Below are positions 20,218 through 28,850 of a stretch of DNA of 64,000 nt, piece by piece (the stretch's first letter is position 1; every line of letters begins with the position of its first letter). The DNA is taken from the IMG/VR virus record IMGVR_UViG_3300028654_000384, positions 1 to 64,000 of that record. One strand, written 5' to 3'. The position numbers and the translations under genes are program-made. Under the pieces are notes generated by a model that worked only from the letters and a program-made list of their open reading frames with translations, was not told the DNA's origin and did no database searches.

Positions 20218-20473
20218 CAAAGAGCTGCTCATCTGGGAACCAGCGTTTCTCTGCGTCTATTATGGGGGCATGACTGCATCTGAGGCGTATAACCTTCCCG
20301 TTCCCGTCAAACGTTGGTGGGTGGATCGCATCGTGCGCGAGCTCAATAAGGACAAGAGCGTCGATGGCGATAGCTCTCCGAGCCGTGCTCTCCACACCAA
20401 TTCTCCTGAAGTGAGGCAGATGCAGGGTAGAACAAGGCCGCAGTCACCTTCTCGTTTGAGGCGCTTCACTTGA
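20198..20473 (+). CDS. Putative frameshift extension of the tail chaperone (GT-like product)
   Basis: The +1 frame is open across the end of the chaperone gene (FGLAPSDKELLIWEPAFL..YYGGMT..EAYNLPV..KRWW); TTCTTTTGG at 20194-20202. Confidence 0.65.
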   Translation, partial: FGLAPSDKELLIWEPAFLCVYYGGMTASEAYNLPVPVKRWWVDRIVRELNKDKSVDGDSSPSRALHTNSPEVRQMQGRTRPQSPSRLRRFT

Positions 20474-20488
20474 TCTCCTTCTAGTGGA

Positions 20489-20494
20489 TAGTTA
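20489..20494 (+). promoter_or_regulatory. Late-type promoter motif TAGTTA
   Basis: Intergenic, upstream of ATG 20541. Confidence 0.5.
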
Positions 20495-20540
20495 GATCTG
20501 CAGCGAATTGTGGAGAACGCCGCGGCAGAAAGACACTCTC

Positions 20541-20831
20541 ATGCAGATCGACTCAAACATTGTCACGGCGTTTTTTACCGCGGTGCCCGCCACGCTGTTG
20601 GCCTTGGGAACCTTAGTTACATCGCTCAAGAACGCGCGCAAGCTCGATGACGTTCACTTGACGCTCAACAGTAGGTTGACGGAACTGATCAAGACCACGC
20701 TCGCACAAGGTAGGCAGAATGAGCGCGATGATCAGCGCGACGGGTCAAGCACCGCACCCACGAAGTCACAACCTGCAGTCATTCCAATCGTCTTTGTGCC
20801 GACCGTCACCATCGACAAAGACGACAAGTAA
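20541..20831 (+). CDS. Small membrane protein (holin-like candidate)
   Basis: N-terminal hydrophobic helix IVTAFFTAVPATLLALGTLV followed by a coiled-coil-like segment. Confidence 0.5.
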   Translation: MQIDSNIVTAFFTAVPATLLALGTLVTSLKNARKLDDVHLTLNSRLTELIKTTLAQGRQNERDDQRDGSSTAPTKSQPAVIPIVFVPTVTIDKDDK

Positions 20832-20840
20832 TTCCACGCC

Positions 20841-21125
20841 CTAGAGCGGGAACTTGATACCGAGCACCCGCTCAAATTCCCGTGCCGACGCGTGCTTCAG
20901 GTTGAGCTTATTCATGACGCTGTCGACGGTCGCACCCGGCCGCTCGAGCTCTTCCTGAAAGCGCCGTGAGTCAATCATGGCTTGAGCCACAGCATTGACC
21001 TCTTCGGGAGTGCCCCTGATCTTGAGGTTGATGGCCTTGCCGACGAGCCACGCGGCCACCGATGTCAGAAAGATCTTGCCGAGGACGTTCATGCGAAGTT
21101 CGTTGAGGCGGTTAGCGTCGTTCAT
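20841..21125 (-). CDS. Hypothetical protein
   Basis: Minus-strand ORF preceded by TACTTA (21134-21139 read on the minus strand). Confidence 0.65.
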   Translation of the reverse strand: MNDANRLNELRMNVLGKIFLTSVAAWLVGKAINLKIRGTPEEVNAVAQAMIDSRRFQEELERPGATVDSVMNKLNLKHASAREFERVLGIKFPL

Positions 21126-21133
21126 GGCGACGA

Positions 21134-21139
21134 TAAGTA
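21134..21139 (-). promoter_or_regulatory. Late-type promoter motif TACTTA (minus strand)
   Basis: GACATACTTATCGTCGCCATG read on the minus strand. Confidence 0.6.
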
Positions 21140-21158
21140 TGTCACAGGATGTTGACCT

Positions 21159-24100
21159 GTGCCGTCTAACGAAGATCTGTCTGACCAGCTCAGCCTGACG
21201 ACAAAGCTCGCCTCAATGCTGGAGCGGATGGCCGCGGCGTCGGGTAAGATCGAGCAGTCGTACGCGTCACAGATCGACTCCGTCACGAAGTTGGCGGCCG
21301 CGATGGGCCAGATCAACACGCAGGGGGCCGTCGCCGGCATTGAAGTCCTCAACAAGTCCGTCAAGGACATGCAGGACAAGATGAAGCAGGCCGGCGGGGC
21401 CTCGGAGAGTGCCTTTCAAAAGCTGGGCAAGAAGGTCGAAGACACGGGCAAGACCTTCAAGGACAAGTTTCCCAAGTCGGTCGTCATTGCGACGGCGGCA
21501 CTGTCGGGCTTTGCCCAGGGCGTTCGCAACATCATCGCCTTGGGTAAGGGCCTGACGGGTTTCGTCACGGGCTTTGTCGACGGCATCTTCAGCCTCGGCG
21601 CCGCCATCATTGCCATCCCATTCAAGATCTTCGAGGGCCTCGTCGACATGGCGGCCAAGTCGGCAGGTGGCAGCAACGAGCTGATGCAGGCGATCGAGGG
21701 GCTCCGCAAGGAATTTGGCTTCCTGTACGGCACCACCAACAAGACAATCATAGACATGACCAAGTCGTTGCAGGGTTTCAGCGACACCGGGCTGTCGGCA
21801 TGGCGCATCTTCGGCAACATGGCACAGCGCCTCGAGGCCTTTCAAAAGTTGGCGACGGAGATGGGAGCGACCTTCACCTCGCTGCGCAAGGAGTTTGAGG
21901 CCAATGGCGGCGCACTGCTAGCCTACCAGAAGGGCCTGGGCATCAGCGATGAGCTGATGAAGGGCGTCGCTTCCCGGGCCATCGCGATGGGCGATTCATT
22001 GGGTGACACCCTGAAGAGCGCGACCAAGTACTCGCTGGAGTTGGCCAAGGCCTTCGGCCTCGATGCCAAGGTACTGAGCCGCGACATGGCCAAGGCACTG
22101 ACTGACGTCAAGCACTTTGCAGGGGCGACGATCAAGGAGATCGGCGAGGCGGCGACCTATGCCCGCAAGTTGGGCCTGGAGCTTGACAAGATCACGGGTA
22201 CCCTCGACGCCTTTGAGACCTTCGACTCCGCCGCCGAGAACGTCGCCAAGCTGTCACAGGCCTTCGGGGTGCAGGCCGACGCCTTCGAGCTGATGTCAGC
22301 ACAGAATCCTGCGGAACAGATCGACATTCTACGTAAGTCGTTCTCAAAGGCGGGCGTCGATGCCTCGACCTTCAACCGCCAGCAACTCAAGTTGTTGGCA
22401 TCGACGACGGGCCTCGACGAGGCGACGGCGAAACAGGCCTTCTCGTTGAAGAACCAGGGCATTGGCCTCGATCAAGTCAAGAAGAAGGGTGGCGAGGCCG
22501 AGAAGAAGACGCTGACACAGGCTGAGGCAATGGGCAAATTGGCCGACGCCATCGAGCGTATGGTGCAGTCGGGTGGCGGCATGGAGGGTGGCTTCTGGGA
22601 CCAGTTCGTCAAGGGCATCAAGAACGGCATCATGTCGTCGAAGGAGTTCTTTGGCCTGATGCGCAACATTCAGATCGCTCTGCGTGACGTCTACATGATT
22701 GGCGTCCAGTTGGGTCGCGTCCTGGTCAAGATCGTGCCGGGTTTCAAGGACATCTTGGGAGGCCTAAGTGACTTCTTCCAGCCCAAGTACTTCGACAAGC
22801 TGTTCAGGGGCATCAGCGACTCTGTCAAGCGTTTCTTCAGTCCTGACAGTCCTGACAAGAACTCGATTCCTAAACTGATCGAGGGCCTGCAGAAGTCCTT
22901 CACCGACATGTTCACCGCCGAAGGCCCACACGGCAAGCGAATCCTCGAGGGCTTCAAGACCTTCTTCAAGGCGTTCTCCGGCATCGCGGCGTCGGCCATC
23001 ACTTGGTTGGCAGATCAGATCCGCGATGGCATCAAGGTCGTCATTGACCTACTGACAGGTCGCACGAAGTTGGGTACTGCGGGAGCCAAGGGCGCCGCCG
23101 CTGGTGGATTGGGCTTCTTGGCCGATGTGTTGGGCCCTGTCGTCGAGTCGTTGAAGGGCGCGTGGCAAAAGCTGAAGGATCCCCTCCACGACCTGGTGAT
23201 GCAGCTGGGCAAGATGTTGAAGACGTTCCTGACATCTGACGAGTTCATCGGCTTCATCAAGCCTGCGCTGCCCTACCTCGCCACAGCGTTGTTCGGGCCC
23301 GTCTTCACTCGTGCCATCCTCGGCGCAGTGACTGCTAGCCTGGCCAAGGGTGCCATCGGCATGCTGACCGGGGGCGGAGGACAGGCCGTCATCAAGCAAG
23401 TGGCCGCGAAGGCTGCGGCGAGCCTATCGGGTAAAGTGGAGGGCGGTCTATTGGGCAAAGCGGGCGGTCTGGCAGGTCGCGTCGCTGGGCCTGCTGCGCT
23501 GGTGGTGGCAGCGCTGGCCATTGGCAAGGGCGTCGATGAGTACACTGACCAAATCACCAGCACCCTCGATCGGTCGTCGAAAGTCATCGGTGCGGGTGCC
23601 ACAGGCGTCGTCGACGCCCTGACGTTGGGCCTATTGCCCGATGACCTGAAGTTGAAGCTGGCCAACACCATGGCGTCGGTGACCGACTCGGTCTTTGGTG
23701 CCATCAAGTCGGCCTTCGGCGAGGGCTTTGGTAACAGCCTCAAGCAGACGCTGGCGTCGGCCTTCGAGGTCTTCGGCAACATCTGGTCGGTGTTGAGCAA
23801 CCTATTCACCGGCGACCAAGCGTCGTTCAACCAGTCGGTCCTCGAGTTGGGAGCGTCACTGCTGCGGTTCGTCATCAATGCCGTTGAGTACACCCTCAAC
23901 CAAGCACCATTGTTGCTGGTGAAACTGGGGACGAAGGTGATTGACGGCCTGGGCGGCATCATCATCAAGATGGTGACGGGCTTTGGCTCCCTGTTGGCAT
24001 CGGGTGTCGATGAGGTCTTTGGCACCCACTTGGCCGACAAGATGAAGCAATGGGGTGAGACCGTCAACAAGGGAATGGATGCTGCTGCCGCGGCCATCGT

Positions 24101-25040
24101 CAAGACGACTGATCAGAACTCCAAGCAGATCGCTGACGCCACGCAGAACTTCAATGACACCTATCTCCGGACGTCGGCCGATAAGGCTAAGATTGCCGCA
24201 TCGGCTGCACTGTCGGCGACACAGGCCACCAATGATGCTGTCAAGCAAGCCGCTGATGCGGCGGGTGGCGGCTTGTCAAAGGTAGCTGAGAACCTGCAGG
24301 CCGTCAAGGACGCCAAGAAGCAGCTCGATGACAAGGACTTTGATGTCGCTGGGGCGCTCAAGTCGATCGGCGACAAGCTCCGAGGTGTGTCGTTCAACCT
24401 CATCAGCGACGATCAATTGGCTGACATCGACAAGTCGAACACCGGACTTCAGTCACTGCACGACCTCGTCGGTACCATTCCCACCACGTTGGGCGACATC
24501 TCGAGCGGGTTGAAGGCCACGTCGTTCAACTTCATCAGTGATGATCAGTTGACGGACATGAGCAAGTCGTTGAAGGGCTTCAAGGCGCTCGACAAGTTCT
24601 CGACCGACGTTGCGGGTTCGTTCTCCAACTTTACCGATCTATCGAAGGCCGCGGCGACGATCAAGAAGGGTGCCATCGCCGAGGCTGCCATGGCAATCTC
24701 TGACATGGTCGCCGCCGCCAATGAGCTCGATTCTGCGTTGGCCGACGGCAACATCAATAAGATTGACGTCAAGGCCAAGCTCGATCGAGTCGCCAAGGCG
24801 GTGGGTCTAGGAGGCAAGGCCACGTACACTGTCAATCCAAGCAAGCAGGTGCAGATCGTCGTCAATCTCGAGGTGACAATGGACGTCGACAAGGTCGAAA
24901 AGGTGATGATCATGCGCCAGCAATCGATCATCCGCGACCGCCTCAATTTTGCGACTGACAATCCGGCCGCCAAGGGCGTCACGACAGTGCCCTCGACGTA
25001 CCAAGCAACGCTGCCCAACGTGCAAGGCGGGTCACAGTGA
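21159..25040 (+). CDS. Tape measure protein
   Basis: 1293 aa, Ala/Gly/Lys-rich and helical, with hydrophobic Gly-rich stretches; follows the tail chaperone. Confidence 0.85.
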   Translation: MPSNEDLSDQLSLTTKLASMLERMAAASGKIEQSYASQIDSVTKLAAAMGQINTQGAVAGIEVLNKSVKDMQDKMKQAGGASESAFQKLGKKVEDTGKTFKDKFPKSVVIATAALSGFAQGVRNIIALGKGLTGFVTGFVDGIFSLGAAIIAIPFKIFEGLVDMAAKSAGGSNELMQAIEGLRKEFGFLYGTTNKTIIDMTKSLQGFSDTGLSAWRIFGNMAQRLEAFQKLATEMGATFTSLRKEFEANGGALLAYQKGLGISDELMKGVASRAIAMGDSLGDTLKSATKYSLELAKAFGLDAKVLSRDMAKALTDVKHFAGATIKEIGEAATYARKLGLELDKITGTLDAFETFDSAAENVAKLSQAFGVQADAFELMSAQNPAEQIDILRKSFSKAGVDASTFNRQQLKLLASTTGLDEATAKQAFSLKNQGIGLDQVKKKGGEAEKKTLTQAEAMGKLADAIERMVQSGGGMEGGFWDQFVKGIKNGIMSSKEFFGLMRNIQIALRDVYMIGVQLGRVLVKIVPGFKDILGGLSDFFQPKYFDKLFRGISDSVKRFFSPDSPDKNSIPKLIEGLQKSFTDMFTAEGPHGKRILEGFKTFFKAFSGIAASAITWLADQIRDGIKVVIDLLTGRTKLGTAGAKGAAAGGLGFLADVLGPVVESLKGAWQKLKDPLHDLVMQLGKMLKTFLTSDEFIGFIKPALPYLATALFGPVFTRAILGAVTASLAKGAIGMLTGGGGQAVIKQVAAKAAASLSGKVEGGLLGKAGGLAGRVAGPAALVVAALAIGKGVDEYTDQITSTLDRSSKVIGAGATGVVDALTLGLLPDDLKLKLANTMASVTDSVFGAIKSAFGEGFGNSLKQTLASAFEVFGNIWSVLSNLFTGDQASFNQSVLELGASLLRFVINAVEYTLNQAPLLLVKLGTKVIDGLGGIIIKMVTGFGSLLASGVDEVFGTHLADKMKQWGETVNKGMDAAAAAIVKTTDQNSKQIADATQNFNDTYLRTSADKAKIAASAALSATQATNDAVKQAADAAGGGLSKVAENLQAVKDAKKQLDDKDFDVAGALKSIGDKLRGVSFNLISDDQLADIDKSNTGLQSLHDLVGTIPTTLGDISSGLKATSFNFISDDQLTDMSKSLKGFKALDKFSTDVAGSFSNFTDLSKAAATIKKGAIAEAAMAISDMVAAANELDSALADGNINKIDVKAKLDRVAKAVGLGGKATYTVNPSKQVQIVVNLEVTMDVDKVEKVMIMRQQSIIRDRLNFATDNPAAKGVTTVPSTYQATLPNVQGGSQ

Positions 25041-25055
25041 GTATAGGATCTGCAC

Positions 25056-25322
25056 ATGGCTGACAATAATGACTTCATCGACCGCCTGCGCGAAGATCCG
25101 ATGTATCAGGCCGCGCTGGCCAAGGCGCGGACGCCCGCGGAACGCCAATTGATCACCACGTTGGTCGAGAACCTGGTCGGTGGCATCGGCGGAGTGCTGG
25201 GCCCGGTCATCGAACGCGCCAAACGTGACCCCGAGTTTGCGCGACAATTGAACAAGGCAATCAGTGAAGACAAGGACGTACTTACCGCTAGCACCGCCGC
25301 GTTGTCGGGCTCGACTTCCTGA
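25056..25322 (+). CDS. Hypothetical protein
   Basis: ATG 6 nt after a TAGGAT box; typical codon usage. Confidence 0.6.
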   Translation: MADNNDFIDRLREDPMYQAALAKARTPAERQLITTLVENLVGGIGGVLGPVIERAKRDPEFARQLNKAISEDKDVLTASTAALSGSTS

Positions 25323-25327
25323 ACTGC

Positions 25328-28300
25328 ATGCCTACCTCTGGAGATAACCTCAACACCGGGCCCGGTGGCTTTCCCATCGATGGCCAGACGTACACCTATG
25401 ACGTCGGCGTCCCCGATGCACAGGGAGGCAGCCAAGGGCCCCACAAGGCCACCATCGACGTCAGTGCCGGTTTCATCGATGCCGACGGCAAGCCCAAGGA
25501 CTTGTCGGCGCCGACGAAGGCCACGTTGGGCCAGTACTTGAGCAAGGCGACGCAAGGCAAAGAGGGATCGTCAACCGTCACTAACAAGTACCCCGTCGAC
25601 GCGGTCATCAGGACGCTGACGTTGAGCGACGGCAAGGGCTTTCCGGTGCAGCTCGAAAATCCTGTCAACAACGCGAATTCTTTCACAGGCGGCGACACTA
25701 CGGCGATCGCGGCGACCACGACGTCATATCCATCGATCTCATCGTTGATCAAGAAGGGCAAGTCGTCGACGCCGGGCATTGACGGCAATGATCTGTTATC
25801 AGGGGTACCCGGCACTGTCAACTACACTTCGCAACCCGGCAAATTGAGCGGCAACGGCAGCGCTAACCCGCAACCCATCGTCGGTCACAAGAAGACAGAC
25901 CAGGTCGTCAATTCCTATGTGTCGACGGTGTTATCGACCAATCGTTTTGCGTCGGCGGGCACCAATAACCAAGCGCCCTACACGACGACGGACGTCAACA
26001 CCCCCGATCCTGCATATCAACCGGCGTTGACACGACAGCACAAACTGGGTGCCTATGATCCGCTCGCACCGACAGTCACGACTGGGAGGCTGGCATCGAT
26101 TGGGCCATTGCTGACGATGCGCGCGGGTCTTGAATTGAACTCGACGGCGCCCGGCGCAGATCCCAACTCCGACAGCCTACAGGCCGGAGCACTACTACCA
26201 GGCCTTGCACAGTTGGGGGCCACGCGCGTCGATCAGCGCTTGTTGTTGGCCAGCGACATTCTAGCGACGTTGACGGACAATGAAGTACCCAATTCCGACG
26301 TCCTCAGCATCGGCGCGCAATCATGGGGCCAGCTCAATAACGTTGATGATCCATTCTCGGGCACTGACGCCCTGGGCATGACGGCGCTGTCAACGGCTCT
26401 CGTCGCGGGGCTCGTCCTGATCATTGACGGTCTATCGCTGTTGATCGGTGCGATTACACCTGGCACCCGTGCTCCGACACGAGACAATCGGGGTCGCTAT
26501 GCCGTCGGTGAGTACTTTGCCGGCACTAAGGCCGGGAACAAGGCGGCGGGAGGCAGTCTATTGGGAGCTATCAGCGCGGTGAGCTCGCTCAATTTGGGTG
26601 CACTAGTGGGCATTCAACCCACCAATTTTCCATTGAACCTAGCACTGCAGACGGGCACCAATGCGTTCTTCGGCCTGCCACAAGGCGGCAATGTCGCCAC
26701 ACAGTTGCTCGGGACGATCAAGTCATCTGCCGATAGTCCGGGTTTCAACGTTGTCATTGCGCGGGCCATCATTCGTGGTAGCGTCACCATCGCCGATGCA
26801 CTGGGTAGGATTGGGGGCAACGTGATGAATGACATCACTGCCATCCTATCGTTGATCGACAGCATCAGGTCGTCGAAGGTCATTGCTGCCATCAATGTCT
26901 TCTCGATCCTCGGCGACGCCATCCTGTCGCAACCCGCTGACTTTGTCGACGGTTCTTCGGCGGGCGGCAACAAGACGTCGGAGATGGACAGTTACGACAA
27001 CACGCTGACGAACGCTGCCAGCAAGAGTCGCCTGAAGGGTAGCTTGAAACTGGCGTGGGCGTCTAACACGGCGCCTGCCAACGTGCTGTTGCCCGCATCG
27101 ATCCTGGGTGCCAGTGCCGCCGTCAAGGGCTTAGGTCAATTCAGTCCCTACCTCGGCGTGCAAGTTGATTCTTATTCACGCGTGCAAGCCACCGTCGTCA
27201 CCAAGGACAATGGCGGTCGCATCGATCCTGCAACGGCGGCGGCATTCGAGACGGAACTCGATGCCGAGTACGTGCCCTTCTACTTTCACGACGTGCGAAC
27301 GAACGAGATGGTCAGCTTCCACGCCTTTTTGGCATCGCTGACCGATGACTTTGCGGCCGGTTTCGAAAAGTCGGAGGGTTTCGGTCGCGTTGAGCCCGTC
27401 AGGATCTACAAGTCGACTGAACGTAGGATCGGCATGTCGTTCTACATTGCGGCGACGTCGCTCAACGACTTTGATGAGATGTGGGTGAAGATCAATAAGC
27501 TCGTCACCCTTGTCTATCCACAGTACACACAAGGCCTGACAATGATGAGTGCCGATCAATCGTACTCCGTCACCCAACCCTTCAGTCAATTGGTCGGTGC
27601 CAGCCCATTGATCAGGATCAGGTTGGGCGACCTGTTGCGCAGCAACTACTCGCAGTTTGCGCTCGCCCGCCTCTTCGGCCTAGGCAACCAGGACTTCAAG
27701 GTCAATGGTTCGTCGTTCGTGGGAGATTCACTGTTCGATCAGAGCCAACTCGATCTGCTGAGCCTCGCTGTCGCGCAAGCCAAGCAGTTTCCCAACGGCG
27801 AAACCTACGTGCCCGCCGACGGCAGCTATCCATTGTTCGCCGACACGGGTAACATCCTGGGTCGGCTTGCGGCTAGCTTGCCCATTCCCAAAATTCCCGG
27901 CGTTAGCACCGGTCAGGGTCCATCCTACGCGCCGACGTTCCAACCACAGAAGATCGCCGTCGCCGGTACCATCATCATGGTAAAGGCTCTGGCACCCGTG
28001 CCGGGCAGTCCCGACATGTTGATCTGCGAGGTCGCGTACAATGATGATCCGCGGATTCGCGAGACCTTTGCACAGCAGCTCGCGCGCGCTGATGCTGCCT
28101 TCAATAATGACGACTTGCCCCTGCAGAAGGTCATCGGTGGCAAGTACGTCATTCCGGCCTATGTACTGCGACCCACTGACGCGACGATGGGTAATTTTGT
28201 CAGTGCCATCTCCGGGGGCGATCTGAACACCACGTTTGCGACTGACCTGACCGACTTCCTCAATCCGAACGACAGCGCAACGGGGTACAACGCTGTCGCC

Positions 28301-28546
28301 AAGTCGTTCAAGGACACGGGAGGTAAGGGACTCGCGGGGTTCATCGAGACGATGGCGTTTGATTGGTTGAACCAGACGACGTGGGAGACGAACTTGGGTT
28401 CGACGGCACCCAAACTGTGCAAGGTCACCATCGGCTTCGCCCCCATTCACGACATCAGCCCGGGCATTGACCACCTCGGGTTCAATAGAGCACCCATCTT
28501 TCCTGTCTCGAGCATGGGTCAACAGAACCAAACGAAGGCGCAGTGA
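25328..28546 (+). CDS. Baseplate / tail-tube initiator-like protein with long insertions
   Basis: PFYF.D.R....SF.AFL..LTD.F......GFGRVEPV.IY..T.R.I...F, SPLIRIRLGDL and GFI....FDW...WE...APK.CKV; these resemble tube-fold baseplate proteins. Confidence 0.6.
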   Translation: MPTSGDNLNTGPGGFPIDGQTYTYDVGVPDAQGGSQGPHKATIDVSAGFIDADGKPKDLSAPTKATLGQYLSKATQGKEGSSTVTNKYPVDAVIRTLTLSDGKGFPVQLENPVNNANSFTGGDTTAIAATTTSYPSISSLIKKGKSSTPGIDGNDLLSGVPGTVNYTSQPGKLSGNGSANPQPIVGHKKTDQVVNSYVSTVLSTNRFASAGTNNQAPYTTTDVNTPDPAYQPALTRQHKLGAYDPLAPTVTTGRLASIGPLLTMRAGLELNSTAPGADPNSDSLQAGALLPGLAQLGATRVDQRLLLASDILATLTDNEVPNSDVLSIGAQSWGQLNNVDDPFSGTDALGMTALSTALVAGLVLIIDGLSLLIGAITPGTRAPTRDNRGRYAVGEYFAGTKAGNKAAGGSLLGAISAVSSLNLGALVGIQPTNFPLNLALQTGTNAFFGLPQGGNVATQLLGTIKSSADSPGFNVVIARAIIRGSVTIADALGRIGGNVMNDITAILSLIDSIRSSKVIAAINVFSILGDAILSQPADFVDGSSAGGNKTSEMDSYDNTLTNAASKSRLKGSLKLAWASNTAPANVLLPASILGASAAVKGLGQFSPYLGVQVDSYSRVQATVVTKDNGGRIDPATAAAFETELDAEYVPFYFHDVRTNEMVSFHAFLASLTDDFAAGFEKSEGFGRVEPVRIYKSTERRIGMSFYIAATSLNDFDEMWVKINKLVTLVYPQYTQGLTMMSADQSYSVTQPFSQLVGASPLIRIRLGDLLRSNYSQFALARLFGLGNQDFKVNGSSFVGDSLFDQSQLDLLSLAVAQAKQFPNGETYVPADGSYPLFADTGNILGRLAASLPIPKIPGVSTGQGPSYAPTFQPQKIAVAGTIIMVKALAPVPGSPDMLICEVAYNDDPRIRETFAQQLARADAAFNNDDLPLQKVIGGKYVIPAYVLRPTDATMGNFVSAISGGDLNTTFATDLTDFLNPNDSATGYNAVAKSFKDTGGKGLAGFIETMAFDWLNQTTWETNLGSTAPKLCKVTIGFAPIHDISPGIDHLGFNRAPIFPVSSMGQQNQTKAQ

Positions 28547-28554
28547 GGTGATGC

Positions 28555-28848
28555 ATGTCGCTTAGCAGGTACAGTCGTACACCGGTGCTCGACTATGGAT
28601 CATCGTACGGCATGGGTCGTGCGCGCGTGGCGATCCAGAGCGCCATTGCTAGTGGGCAATTGACGACACGTCAGATGATCGTCCGCGGCGTTGAAAGGCT
28701 TGATACCATTGCGGGCGAGGTGTACGGCGACGCGCGGTATTGGTGGGTGGTGGCGGCCGCCTCAGGGATCGGATGGGGGCTGCAGGTGCCGCCGGGAACA
28801 ATCCTACAGATCCCATCACTTGCAGACGTGGCGAGCTTGGTCGGTTAA
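28555..28848 (+). CDS. Baseplate wedge / LysM-like tail X protein (gp53-like)
   Basis: ERLDTIAGEVYGDARYWWVVAAAS....VPPGTILQIP. Confidence 0.8.
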   Translation: MSLSRYSRTPVLDYGSSYGMGRARVAIQSAIASGQLTTRQMIVRGVERLDTIAGEVYGDARYWWVVAAASGIGWGLQVPPGTILQIPSLADVASLVG

Positions 28849-28850
28849 TC

